A DNA stretch of 17,390 nt from an uncultured Thermoprotei archaeon (GTDB lineage: Archaea > Thermoproteota > Thermoprotei > Thermofilales > B15-G2), in contig CBDUKN010000029.1 in NCBI GenBank assembly GCA_965367815.1, positions 1 to 17,390 on the forward strand. Reading direction: 5' to 3'. The translations under genes and the position numbers were made by a program. Of the stretch, positions 8,078 through 17,314 are shown piece after piece. The notes under the pieces are model-generated. The model worked only from the letters and a program-made list of their open reading frames with translations. It did no database searches and was not told where the DNA came from. Numbering within the stretch: the first letter of the stretch is position 1; every line of letters begins with the position of its first letter.

Positions 8078-8326
8078 GTGTATGATATGGTGTGTAAGTT
8101 TAAGTGGATTGTTGTTGACCCTAAGATATGTCATGGTAAGCCTGTGTTTCGTGGTACTAGGGTGCTGGTGTCTGATGTACTTGAAATGCTTGCTTCCGGC
8201 ATGACTATTGAAGAAGTTTTAGAAGAATATCCTCAACTTACTAAAGAAATGATTCTCGAAGCCCTAGCTTTAGCAGCCGAATTACTGAAGAGGAAACGTC
8301 GTGTCATACTGCTTCCTATAGACTGA
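8078..8326 (+). CDS. DUF433-family protein (antitoxin-like, copy 1)
   Basis: IVVDPKICHGKPVFRGTRVLVSDVLEMLASGMTIEEVLEEYPQLTKEMI. Confidence 0.92.
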   Translation: MYDMVCKFKWIVVDPKICHGKPVFRGTRVLVSDVLEMLASGMTIEEVLEEYPQLTKEMILEALALAAELLKRKRRVILLPID

Positions 8327-8445
8327 TATGTGGTTTTTAAAGCGTTGCCGTAGAGTTGCTAATTTATATTTGATTTCGGGAGAGGGGGAGTTGTTTTCTT
8401 GAGTTTTGTTAGGGAAATAGGATTTATATTTGTGTTTTATAGGTT

Positions 8446-8694
8446 TTGTTGAGGTGTTGGTATGGGGGTCTTTTAGATAGGATTGTTGTTGATGAAGGGG
8501 TTATGTGTGGTAAGCCTGTTATTAAGGGTACTAGAATTACTGTTGAGGCGATTATATGTAGGTTGGCTGAAGGCTTGAGTATAGAGGAGGTTTTAGAGTA
8601 TTTTCCTCAGTTAACTAGGGAAGATATTAGGACGGCTTTACTGTATGCTTCTAAGCTTCTTGAAGATGAAACTATTATAGTTGTGAGGACATAA
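8446..8694 (+). CDS. DUF433-family protein (antitoxin-like, copy 2); start uncertain
   Basis: RIVVDEGVMCGKPVIKGTRITVEAII...GLSIEEVLEYFPQLTREDIRTALLYA. Confidence 0.9.
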   Translation: MLRCWYGGLLDRIVVDEGVMCGKPVIKGTRITVEAIICRLAEGLSIEEVLEYFPQLTREDIRTALLYASKLLEDETIIVVRT

Positions 8695-8765
8695 AGTTTC
8701 TTGTAGACGAGTGTATTGGCAGAAGGTTCTTGATATCTACTGTGTGGAGTAGATACTCATTTTAG
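8691..8765 (+). pseudogene. N-terminal stub of a DUF5615-type PIN-like toxin
   Basis: ATA AAG TTT CTT GTA GAC GAG TGT ATT GGC = (I/M)KFLVDECIG overlapping the DUF433 stop (ATAA instead of the usual ATGA); stop after 24 codons. Confidence 0.7.
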
Positions 8766-8787
8766 TTTTTAGGCGATAAATATAGTA

Positions 8788-10191
8788 ATGGAGGAGTCTA
8801 CGTATAAGAAAATACTTTTAATAGCGATAGATACGCTGTGTGTAGATCATTTAGGCTGTTATGGGTACGATGTTCCGAGGAATCCTACTACACCGTTCAT
8901 AGACTTCTTGGCTGAGAAGGGGGCTATTTTTAGGAAACATTATGCCGCAGATGTCCCTACTCCCTCGTCCTTTACATCTCTCTTCACTGGTATTAGGGGG
9001 ATTAGGCACGGGATAATAGGGTTTAAGAATAAGTCTAATGAATTTAAGTGCAGTACTCCTCTGCTAGCCGAGTGTTTTGCTGAAAAGGGGTTTAAGACAG
9101 GAATGGTTTCGAATCTTCTGTATCCTTGTCCATGGCTTGTGAGAGGGTTCCGGGACATTTATCCTCCCGGCCTTAGGTTTCAGGGCGGGACGGCGGAGGA
9201 GGTTACGGATAAAGCTATTTCATTACTAGAGGAGTACAGGAATCATGATTTCTTTTTGTTTGTGCACTACTGGGATCCTCACTGCCCGTATTTTGAGAGG
9301 TCGAAAGAAGAGTATAGAAGACTCTTTAAGGCCGAGGACTACAAGAACGCCGTCCCTGACATGAAGTATGTTTGGGAAAACGAGTTTGTGAGATTATTCT
9401 ATGTGAGGAAGCATGAGAAAATGGGGGATCCTATAGACCCGGCTGAAAACCTAGCTTTGTATGACGCGAATATACGGTATGTTGACGATAATATTAAGAG
9501 GCTCTACGAGTACCTCGAAGACAAAGGGCTGGTGGACGAGACTCTGATAATTGTTACGAGCGACCACGGAGAAGCCTTCGGAGAATACGGTTTCTGGGAT
9601 CACTGGACATGCTACCGTAATATAAGTCAGCTGCCGCTCATTATTGTAGGCTACGATATTCCTCACGTCGAGATAGAGACGTATACGCAGAACATAGATG
9701 TTATGCCTACTATCTTAGAGCTTGCTGGAATCGAGGTTCCAAAGGGCCTTGATGGGCGGAGCATGGTGCCGCTTTTAAAGGGAGAAGTCGAAGTGTTTCG
9801 AGAAGAAGTTGTCGTGAACTCGGATGCGACTGTTGTTCAGCGTATGATGGTTAAAGATGACTACGCGATAGTCCATACCTTAACGCGGCCTGTGTGGGAT
9901 CACTTGAAGGAGTGGGAGCTATTCAATTTGGCTAAAGACCCTAGCCAGGTAAACGACATATCTGAGAGCGAAGTAGACTTGGCTAAAGAGATGCGTATAC
10001 AGCTGGGTGACTGGCTTTCAGAAAACCTTAAGGGCCGACCCGACCCGCTGTGGCTATCAGTATATAGAGGTGGCTGGATGTGGAGGGGGCTCCTCAGCCT
10101 TCTTACCCAAGAAGAGCTGAAAAAAGCCTACGAGAAATACCCCGAACTTAAGAGAATACAGGAAGAGAAGATAGTCTACTACCGTGTTTAA
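8788..10191 (+). CDS. Sulfatase-like hydrolase (alkaline phosphatase superfamily)
   Basis: IAIDTLCVDHLGCYGY, TPFIDFLAEKG, PTPSSFTSLFTG, HYWDPHCPY, TSDHGE, DVMPTILELAG, LDGRS, ELFNLAKDP. Confidence 0.9.
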   Translation: MEESTYKKILLIAIDTLCVDHLGCYGYDVPRNPTTPFIDFLAEKGAIFRKHYAADVPTPSSFTSLFTGIRGIRHGIIGFKNKSNEFKCSTPLLAECFAEKGFKTGMVSNLLYPCPWLVRGFRDIYPPGLRFQGGTAEEVTDKAISLLEEYRNHDFFLFVHYWDPHCPYFERSKEEYRRLFKAEDYKNAVPDMKYVWENEFVRLFYVRKHEKMGDPIDPAENLALYDANIRYVDDNIKRLYEYLEDKGLVDETLIIVTSDHGEAFGEYGFWDHWTCYRNISQLPLIIVGYDIPHVEIETYTQNIDVMPTILELAGIEVPKGLDGRSMVPLLKGEVEVFREEVVVNSDATVVQRMMVKDDYAIVHTLTRPVWDHLKEWELFNLAKDPSQVNDISESEVDLAKEMRIQLGDWLSENLKGRPDPLWLSVYRGGWMWRGLLSLLTQEELKKAYEKYPELKRIQEEKIVYYRV

Positions 10192-10252
10192 AGAAGGTAA
10201 TTGCATGTGATTGCTGAGAAAGTTGCAATAGTTTCTTGCAGCATGAGAGGCC

Positions 10253-10461
10253 CTACTGCAACTTCCTTAGCTCTAGAAACTCGTCGACGGCCTCTCTCAT
10301 CTCCTCTAGATCCTCTCCCTCGATGACTACCACGTCCTCAATCTAAGCCTAACAAGCTTTTGTAAGAGCTCTACCCACGTTCTACAGCCTAGCTCAACCT
10401 TCAGCCTCCTCAATTCTCTCATGAGGTCTTCAGGCATGTTCTTAACGAGGAGAGTAGGCAT
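10253..10461 (-). pseudogene. Frameshifted RHH-type antitoxin, no adjacent toxin
   Basis: ATG 10461 reads MPTLLVKNMPEDLMRELRRLKVELGCRTWVELLQKLVRLR with stop at 10327; an acidic tail IEDVVVIEGEDLEEMREAVDEFLELRKLQ* continues in another frame to 10253. Confidence 0.6.
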
Positions 10462-10480
10462 GGATATCCGTGGAAATCCA
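10461..10480. promoter_or_regulatory. Tandem 10-bp near-palindromes at the RHH gene start (candidate operator)
   Basis: TGGATATCCG TGGAAATCCA, abutting the start codon. Confidence 0.45.
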
Positions 10481-10687
10481 GATTTACAGGATATGAATAC
10501 TTCCTCATTTATATATTTAAGAAAGCATGATGAATAAGAGGTAAGGTGAGAAACGCCGTTTTGCTTCTATGGTCTCGTTAAAGTATTCAGTATAGGCGCT
10601 AGATAGGGCACTATCATGGGTAAGCTCAGGCAACACTCCCTAAGGATCTCGGCACAGTATAAATCATGAAGAGAGAACTCGATATCT

Positions 10688-11548
10688 TCATCTCTCTTCG
10701 CTCTTTAGCTTATTAATATACTCCATGTAATATCTGAGAATTTGAGATGCTTTAGGGACAGCACAATTATGCTTAACTGCTTCCTCTTTCACCTTTCTGA
10801 AGATTAATGGTACAGCCTTCTTTTTATCAAAAATTGCATCACCTAATTCAAGGTGAGCTTTGTTAATTGCTCCCATGATCTCGCTCTTTACTAATGGAGG
10901 TTTCCTTACTGCCACAACCTTGCCCTTCTCCTTCTTCTTCCTTACAATAATTCCCCTAACCTCGCCAACATACTCATGCTTAAACTTCACTAAAACTGCG
11001 TTATACTGTCTATGATGCGGTATCTTCTTTAGAACGCTTAAAGGTGGAAAAATCTTGAGAACAAAGCCCTCATAGCACTGGTATTTCAGTAGCAAATCCT
11101 TCCATGATTCTAAGACTTCTCTAACCGATACCACCTTGAATCCAACGAACTTCAATCCGTACTCTTTACATAACTTCTCCACCTTCTCGGGAAGTAAGAA
11201 CTGTGACCCTAACATAAGATCGAAAATACGATAATCCCAATCGCCATTCCATGCATCTGTAAATCCTGCGGGTGAGTTCTTAGCTCCTCCAAGCTCAAAG
11301 AATACCTGATACTTCTTGCTCAGCTTAACTAAAGCACAATACTTCTCTCCTAGCGCTCTTCTCACACTTTCTTCAAAGTTTTTCGGGAGCGGATTGAGAT
11401 TTCTCGTGTAGAATGCCCCCTCTACGACCGTTACGTTAGAGCCGTCGTATTTTGGTTCAATATACGCGTCGAGATCCAGTAGCTCTGAAATTATCTTAAC
11501 TATGGCTTCAAACTCCTCCACCGTATAGATATTTGGATATTTCTTCAA
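10688..11548 (-). CDS. ATP-dependent RNA ligase-like nucleotidyltransferase
   Basis: KYPNI N-terminus, motif I EPKYDGSN, YTRN, motif III FFELGG, IIIa YRIFDL, IV EGFVLK, V KFK, then a helical C-terminal domain. Start likely TTG 11548 after GAGGTG (ORF track: 11566). Confidence 0.78.
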   Translation of the reverse strand: MKKYPNIYTVEEFEAIVKIISELLDLDAYIEPKYDGSNVTVVEGAFYTRNLNPLPKNFEESVRRALGEKYCALVKLSKKYQVFFELGGAKNSPAGFTDAWNGDWDYRIFDLMLGSQFLLPEKVEKLCKEYGLKFVGFKVVSVREVLESWKDLLLKYQCYEGFVLKIFPPLSVLKKIPHHRQYNAVLVKFKHEYVGEVRGIIVRKKKEKGKVVAVRKPPLVKSEIMGAINKAHLELGDAIFDKKKAVPLIFRKVKEEAVKHNCAVPKASQILRYYMEYINKLKSEER

Positions 11549-11867
11549 AGAAGACACCTCATGCAAAATAGTAGCCTACCTACAAGTCCGTAGCTAAGGC
11601 AAGTAATGTGTTATTAGGCTCTGTAGACTTAATGCCCATTTTATCGCCTCAGCATAATATGATAGTGACCCTATTAATAGCTACTTTGAGAAAAATAAAT
11701 GTTTTCATAGTTTTGTAATGGCAGAGTCACATTCTACATTTCTACCTATTTATTATGCCAGATTTTCTTGGCTACAGAAACATAGTGGAGATATTGCCTG
11801 ACTACGAGAAGACTCTAAAGCAGATTCTCGTAATGAAGAAACTAGCTAACACCTATAACCGAGATAA

Positions 11868-12209
11868 CGGGTAGTAGAGCCGTGCACTCAGCGGCCCTTA
11901 TTTAGCTTAAACAGCGAATTTGAAGCAGTTTTCGCAGGTTTCATAGCAAGCACTCTCATAGGACTAGTTTACTTAACACCTCTCTTCCTCATAGTAGACT
12001 ACGTTTTAAGGAGATGCGGCAAAAGGTTATGTATTTCAAGGTATCATGTGAAGACAACAGGCATAGTCGCTTTAACATCACTAGTTTTTATAGTTATAGG
12101 ATTAGCATTGAACTTGACTCCAGTACTAGTTGTTTCAACGTCTGCATACGTACTTTCATTAACAGCTTTGGCGCCAATAACACTACTACGTGTTCCTAGT
12201 AGTAAATAG
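11868..12209 (+). pseudogene. Start-less C-terminal membrane-anchor fragment resembling the tail of archaeal CFI-box-CTERM surface proteins
   Basis: Open frame of 113 codons: FSLNSEFEAVFAGFIASTLIGLVYLTPLFLIV...GIVALTSLVFIVIGLALNLTPVLVVSTSAYVLSLTALAP. No start codon until 12048. Confidence 0.5.
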
Positions 12210-12212
12210 AAA

Positions 12213-12436
12213 ATTATCCATGTATGGAGTAACTCTCAGCAGGGGCTTCTTAATTAAGTGGAAGTGGTAAATGAGTATTATGTGAGAGAATCCTTCGAGG
12301 TCTTTTAGGCCTTCTACGTTACTCTGGGTAGATTTCGACAACTCTTTTAATGCCTTTTCCAGCTGTAGGCTGTATTGGGACTTTTAAACGGTGTTCTTAT
12401 TACACCGATAGGCTTATAGACTATTCCTTGTTCTAG
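12213..12436 (-). pseudogene. tsaA: 5' fragment of TrmO/TsaA (YaeB) tRNA m6t6A37 methyltransferase
   Basis: IVYKPIGVIRTPFK / PIQPTAGKGIKRVVEIYPE / VEGLKDLEGFSHIILIYHFHLIKKPLLRVTPYMDN across two frameshifts, then truncated. Confidence 0.85.
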
Positions 12437-12618
12437 TTTTCTATACTGTGTTGAGTAGTTTACAGTATTGACGTATTGAGTCTTTTGACCAGAGAGTACT
12501 TCTTTATGCTATGTGGAGTGAGTTTCTATGAAGTAGTCTGAAAGCAATATTAATCTGAGTATAGTTCATGAATCGGAAAATTTTTATTTTCTGTCTTACT
12601 ATAATATTCGGATATTTT

Positions 12619-12867
12619 ATGATTACGGAAGTTAGGGTTGGTAGGAGGAGGACTATTGTTATTCCTAAGGCTGTGGCTGAGGCTCTAGGTATTGAAGAGG
12701 GGTCGAGGCTGAGGCTAGAGGTTAGAGGTGATAGTGTAGTTCTTAGAGTTATTCCTGACGCTATTTGGCTTTCGGTATATGGTGAAAAATTTGCTAAAGT
12801 TACTTTAAGGGAGTTAGAGGAGGAGAGTGTTGTAAGGCAGAAAAAATACATTGAAGAAGAGGCTTAG
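12619..12867 (+). CDS. AbrB/MazE/SpoVT-type antitoxin
   Basis: MITEVRVGRRRTIVIPKAVAEALGIEEGSRLRLEV; start moved from 12568 to ATG 12619; overlaps the PIN gene. Confidence 0.9.
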   Translation: MITEVRVGRRRTIVIPKAVAEALGIEEGSRLRLEVRGDSVVLRVIPDAIWLSVYGEKFAKVTLRELEEESVVRQKKYIEEEA

Positions 12868-13300
12868 AGTACTTATTGACACTACTTTTCTGCTACCTGC
12901 TTTAGGTGTAGAAGTGGAGGAGGAGGCTGAGGAAGCTATACCTCTTTTTAGGAAAATTGATGTGTATTATCTTGAAGTAGGGGTATTGGAAGCTATTTGG
13001 AAAATTTTGAAAATAGTTGGCTTAGAGAATTTCGAAAGAATTAGGATTGGTCTTGAGGCTATAAGGAAGACTTATAATTTAGCTTACCCGCCGGCAGAAG
13101 CATATGTAAGTGCTGTTGAAATATATAAGCGGGGACATAAAGACTATATAGATGCACTATACTATACTACGGCTAAAGTATTGAATTTAAAGTTTTTGAC
13201 AATTGATGAGGAATTTATAGAATTTCTTAAGAAAAAAGAATACGATATAGAAGACACTGTTATTACTCCTAGAGAACTTAAAATTTATTTAAGTAAATGA
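12851..13300 (+). CDS. vapC: PIN-domain toxin (VapC family)
   Basis: VLIDTTFLLP, LEAIW, GHKDYIDALYYTTA, FLTIDEE. Confidence 0.9.
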   Translation: MKKRLRVLIDTTFLLPALGVEVEEEAEEAIPLFRKIDVYYLEVGVLEAIWKILKIVGLENFERIRIGLEAIRKTYNLAYPPAEAYVSAVEIYKRGHKDYIDALYYTTAKVLNLKFLTIDEEFIEFLKKKEYDIEDTVITPRELKIYLSK

Positions 13301-13407
13301 GTCTTGGCGATGACTTAAGCCTATCTCTTAAGTGCTATGGAGTTCGCGCATAAAGTAGACCAGTTTTCGCGAAGATAGCTTTATTCCTTAGTTTTCTCGA
13401 AAATATC

Positions 13408-14247
13408 GTGGATCTAAAAGCATTATTTGATAAAATAGTACATTGTGTACTGAAGAGCTACGGGGAGAGAATTTTAGCTATTATAGTGTTTGGGTCTGCT
13501 ACACGGCCTAGAGACTTTGTGTGGGGGCTGAGCGACATAGATGTTCTACTAGTAATGAATGATAAAATTGATGAAAGTGGGAGAAGTATAGAGGAGAGCG
13601 TAGACGGCTTTAAAGTGTCTATGGTAGTTTTCGAGAAGGGTGAAGTAGAGGAAGCTGCTGTTGCTGGGAGTCCTCTTGTTCACTGGATTAAAAAAGACTC
13701 TATAGTACTCTACTATTCGAGTGAAAAAGTATTAGATTGGCTTAATTCATTAAGCCCTAGAATAACGAGTTATACACTGGAAGTTTTTAGGAGGTCTTCT
13801 GTAGTAGCGTATGGTATAGCTGCAGATTACTATTTCCAGAGAAATGGGAGAAGAGTTGTTCACCACTTATATCATTCTCTGAGACATGCACTAAGATATA
13901 GGAGCGCAAGAGAACTAAACAATATTCCTGTATCTAATGAAGAAGTATATGCTGCTGCCGAGAAATTATGTGGCCGGGAAGTCTTGGAGGTTTTTAGAGA
14001 GCTAGTAGGGCTTAGACGTGGCAAGAGAGTAGAGATAGGTGTAGCTGATAGGCTACTTGAAGAAGTGTCTAGAGTTATAGGCGGTATAGTTGAGCTTAAA
14101 TTTCCGAGATGGATTTACGTAAAATATTTGCTGAAGAACATAGGTGATCCTGCTATTGTGTCTTATGGAATAGAAAAGAATGTAGTTAGAGTAGTAGCTT
14201 TTCTCATAGCCCGGAGAAAAAGAAAATACATCAGAGTAGTCATATAG
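13408..14247 (+). CDS. Minimal nucleotidyltransferase (MNT) fused to a HEPN-like helical domain
   Basis: IIVFGSATR...SDIDVLLV (GS-DxD); C-terminal helical region AADYYFQRNGRRVVHHLYHSLRHALR. Confidence 0.72.
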   Translation: MDLKALFDKIVHCVLKSYGERILAIIVFGSATRPRDFVWGLSDIDVLLVMNDKIDESGRSIEESVDGFKVSMVVFEKGEVEEAAVAGSPLVHWIKKDSIVLYYSSEKVLDWLNSLSPRITSYTLEVFRRSSVVAYGIAADYYFQRNGRRVVHHLYHSLRHALRYRSARELNNIPVSNEEVYAAAEKLCGREVLEVFRELVGLRRGKRVEIGVADRLLEEVSRVIGGIVELKFPRWIYVKYLLKNIGDPAIVSYGIEKNVVRVVAFLIARRKRKYIRVVI

Positions 14248-14572
14248 GTAGCTCAAGGCCAGCTCATGTACTTAAGAAACTTAGCCGAAGTAATTTAAGT
14301 TACAGGTAGTCAAAATATTTATTGCTATTGTTAATGTAGAAGAGTAGAAGTATCATGAATGTTGAGTTTGCAGATAGTGTGCGAATCGAGCTTAGAAGAC
14401 TAAGAATAACGCTGAGTGAACGAGAGCTATGGAGAGAACTTCCAGCAAAATAGTAATTTTCACCGAAAGATTCCTACAGAAAGTTCTATAATATACTAGA
14501 ATGATAAACTTAGCTAATGTACGCTATTATAATACCGGTTTGTTTACGAATCCTTTTAGTAGAATTGAAGCT

Positions 14573-15319
14573 TTAGGCAGAGTTATTAAGTTTTAGTCTA
14601 GCAGTATTTCTTACCGGTATAGCTAGTTCTTCTCTGAATACCCATTTCTTATTTTCAACATACTTCCATAATAGTGGAAACACTTTTACTATACTTACAC
14701 CTGACTGAATAAATGGTGGATAAGGCATTTTCACTTTAAAGCATTCTGCCTCCTGCATAATATAGGCTTCGTAGATGCACGGGTATTGTGCTGCTAAAAC
14801 GGCTTTATTGACATCTATTACGGCTGAAAATGCTCCTGGGAGCTGACACAGGATTCTAGCGAAGAGCGGAGCATCTTTGCCTTCAAAATAGTAGATTTTA
14901 ATTGGTAGTATTCCTGTATCCGCGTAGACTAGTGCAGTGTTTCCTTTCCACATAGCTTTGACGTGCTTATTGAAGTGGTAGCTGAGAACTTGCTCAGAGA
15001 TGTCAGGTAAGCTTGGATCGAATAGTTTTTTAGCTTCTTTATATATTGCTAGTGGTCTAGCAAAGGGATTTCTAATACGTCCCTGTAGAAGTACTAAATC
15101 ATAAATATCTGGAGCTCTGTAGCTGTTCCATCTTTTAACGGTATATCTATATGAATCTACTATATTCTCGAAGTCGAATACAGGTACGAGGCTTCTTGTT
15201 TCTGGATCATATCTTGTTAGTGGACTTAGTGGAGTCCATTTAATTAACTCATAGCCTCTGACTACTACAAGTGGCTCTGACTTAAAGCAGTCAAGATACT
15301 TTTTAGCGATATAGTAGAC
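14573..15319 (-). pseudogene. 5'-truncated crenarchaeal HTH (Lrp/AsnC-like) regulator
   Basis: The 126-aa ORF frame stays open 122 codons further upstream without a start codon and includes PDIYDLVLLQGRIRNPFARPLAIYKEA...ISEQVLSYHFNKHVK (HTH-like); TGA at 15320-15322 bounds it. Confidence 0.6.
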
Positions 15320-15888
15320 TCATTAAATCTGTAATTTTTCTGTGTCTATTGTTAGTGTGGAAGAGCCTGAGAAAGGATACTTGCTTGCGAGGATCTTCAA
15401 GAACATGCTTTAATGAGTTTGAGAATAAGGAGGAAGTGTATTAGAATGTTTGTGGAAGTGTTTTTAGCTATTTTGTTTTTAATAGTGTTTATTCAATTGC
15501 TGTTGATAGAGTTAGCGTAGTTTTCGTGAAGTACAAGTAAAGTGTAGATTATTTTGTGTTGCAAGAAGGCTGGAAGAGACTTTTTAGACTAAGATCGGTG
15601 TTATGGCTATTTCTCTAGTTTTAGAGATTAGGTATTTCCTATTGATGTGTTTGTGTATGAGTCTTTGAGGAGCTGGATAATTTGGTTTTATGGTTATGCT
15701 ATACTTGCTTGAAATACTTAATAGAGTTAAGTTCGTCGAATATATGTGTTTCTAATTTTTATGTCTACTAGAATTTGCTATAATTACTTATTACTTTAAG
15801 TTGTTTTCTTTATAGCTCTATCGTAGTGTAACTTAGTTTTGATTGAAGAAGTCTTCGAGCATTAGTGGTTTGAGGGGGCTCAGTATGT

Positions 15889-16173
15889 CTACGCCGTGTT
15901 TGGGTCTTCCGTTTTCGTGTCGAGCCAGAAGAGTATAGCGTAGTCTCCTGGCGTCACGTTGATAAAGGCGTATTTACTGTCTTCTAGTTTACTTGCTTCG
16001 GCGAGAGGGCTGTAAAGATAAGTGCTGTGGTGCTTGAGAGTATCTTTGTATCTAAAGAGATAGCCTCTGACTATATCTCCTTCTTCTAGTTTTCCATAAA
16101 CTTTTACGTCGCATACTACAGTGTACCCATTGATTTCTACTTTAGCTACTTCTACTTTCTTTACGCCTCTGCC
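15889..16173 (-). pseudogene. Internal fragment of a beta-rich (probably surface-protein) domain
   Basis: Open frame without an early start codon: GVKKVEVAKVEINGYTVVCDVKVYG...YAFINVTPGDYAILFWLDTK. Confidence 0.4.
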
Positions 16174-16312
16174 TTACGGCTATTTCATTCAGTCCAGCAC
16201 TAGTATCAAGAAAGTATTTCCACTGCTCTGGAAATATGTTGAAGGCAGGAAGTGGGTATTCAGGGAAGAGCTCACTATACCAGTAAGGGAAGTTCTTGTA
16301 CCGAAAAAGTAG
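16166..16312 (+). pseudogene. C-terminal fragment of a paralog of the 14573-15319 regulator
   Basis: LPYGYFIQSSTSIKKVFPLLWKYVEGRKWVFREELTIPVR vs MPYPPFIQSGVSIVKVFPLLWKYVENKKWVFREELAIPVR. Confidence 0.8.
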
Positions 16313-16528
16313 ACTTCTGTTTATGTTTACTCGAGTTTTGCTTTCTACGATATTATAGGCAGTAATATCTATGTTTACTATAGAAAGTAATACTAGACAA
16401 TTTTGTAGACTAACACTACTTGGTTTCTTTAAAAATATTGCTGAAAGGACTTAGGCAAAAACCTTTGTACAGTTTTAAATGATCATATTAAGATTTACTT
16501 GGTTAAAGAACTTAAATATTTCATTAAC

Positions 16529-17314
16529 TTATTGTCTTTTTTCTATAATGTATTCACAGTAAGGATCTCCTCTAGCCATACACTTTCTTTCAGTTGCTAC
16601 TATTTTCTGAGGATCTATGTTCCAGTAGCGAGAAAACCATCCCACAAGAACTCCCTTCAAAAAGCTACTCATTTTTACTCCTATGTCTTTAAGTAACTGG
16701 CACTCAAAGCAATCATATATTCTTAAAACTATTTTATTTTCACTTATGCTTACTATTTTAAATACACCGAATCCTACTATTCTACCCATTTCCTCTAAGA
16801 GTCTCAGTAACATTTGTTTATTTTTTGTTAAATCAAAGTATTTATCATAAACGTTTATGCCTCCATAGAGACCTACATGGTATAGTATTGAACCCCATCC
16901 TTCTCCTAAGTGTCTCCACCCCTCTTTAATGAATCCTTCGTAAAAAGATTTACGGAGAATTATTGCTCTTTCTCCTATTAATATAGGCGGAAAAGACCAC
17001 AAATCTAAAGCAAATCCGTCGAATAACGGTTCAGCATAATTGACACTCTTAGTGAACTCAAAACTAGAAATTTCTCTAACTAGTTCCTTTGCGGTATTCT
17101 CTCCTCCTTTAATATCGGCTACTATTACTACTCTGAATTCACCTGTATGAGGTAAAATAAATGTTCTAACTTGAAATAAAGGAATATTTCTTTTTGAAAA
17201 TTCTTTAAGAATAGTAGCTAAAATACCTACCTCGTACAGTATTTTAGGCTTCAATATTATGTCGAATATATAAGGTATGGTTCCTGGAAGGTTTACACAA
17301 GAACATAGTTCATT
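16529..17314 (-). CDS. ACT-like plus V4R domain protein, 5' end cut by the contig end
   Basis: EVGILATILKEFSKRNIPL (ACT-like); YDCFEC...FLKGVLVGWFS...ERKCMARGDPYCEYII (V4R). The predicted MYKRQ start is adapter-derived. Confidence 0.85.
   Translation of the reverse strand, partial: NELCSCVNLPGTIPYIFDIILKPKILYEVGILATILKEFSKRNIPLFQVRTFILPHTGEFRVVIVADIKGGENTAKELVREISSFEFTKSVNYAEPLFDGFALDLWSFPPILIGERAIILRKSFYEGFIKEGWRHLGEGWGSILYHVGLYGGINVYDKYFDLTKNKQMLLRLLEEMGRIVGFGVFKIVSISENKIVLRIYDCFECQLLKDIGVKMSSFLKGVLVGWFSRYWNIDPQKIVATERKCMARGDPYCEYIIEKRQ

Noticed and set aside
11582-11640. 19-codon ORF (MGIKSTEPNNTLLALATDL) upstream of the ligase on the minus strand
   Set aside because: Has an SD-like GAGGCG but is too short to support without conservation data.
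12014-12199. 61-aa ORF
   Set aside because: Off-frame shadow of the membrane-anchor fragment 11868-12209.
577-14256. Short antisense ORFs (577-780, 1791-2039, 3187-3372, 3912-4109, 4177-4431, 6039-6230, 8940-9158, 9451-9666, 12504-12851, 14053-14256; also 16499-16696)
   Set aside because: All lie opposite well-supported genes and show no motifs.
16121-16165. N-terminus of the 63-aa ORF
   Set aside because: Antisense of the minus-strand fragment; similarity to the paralog starts only at ~16166.
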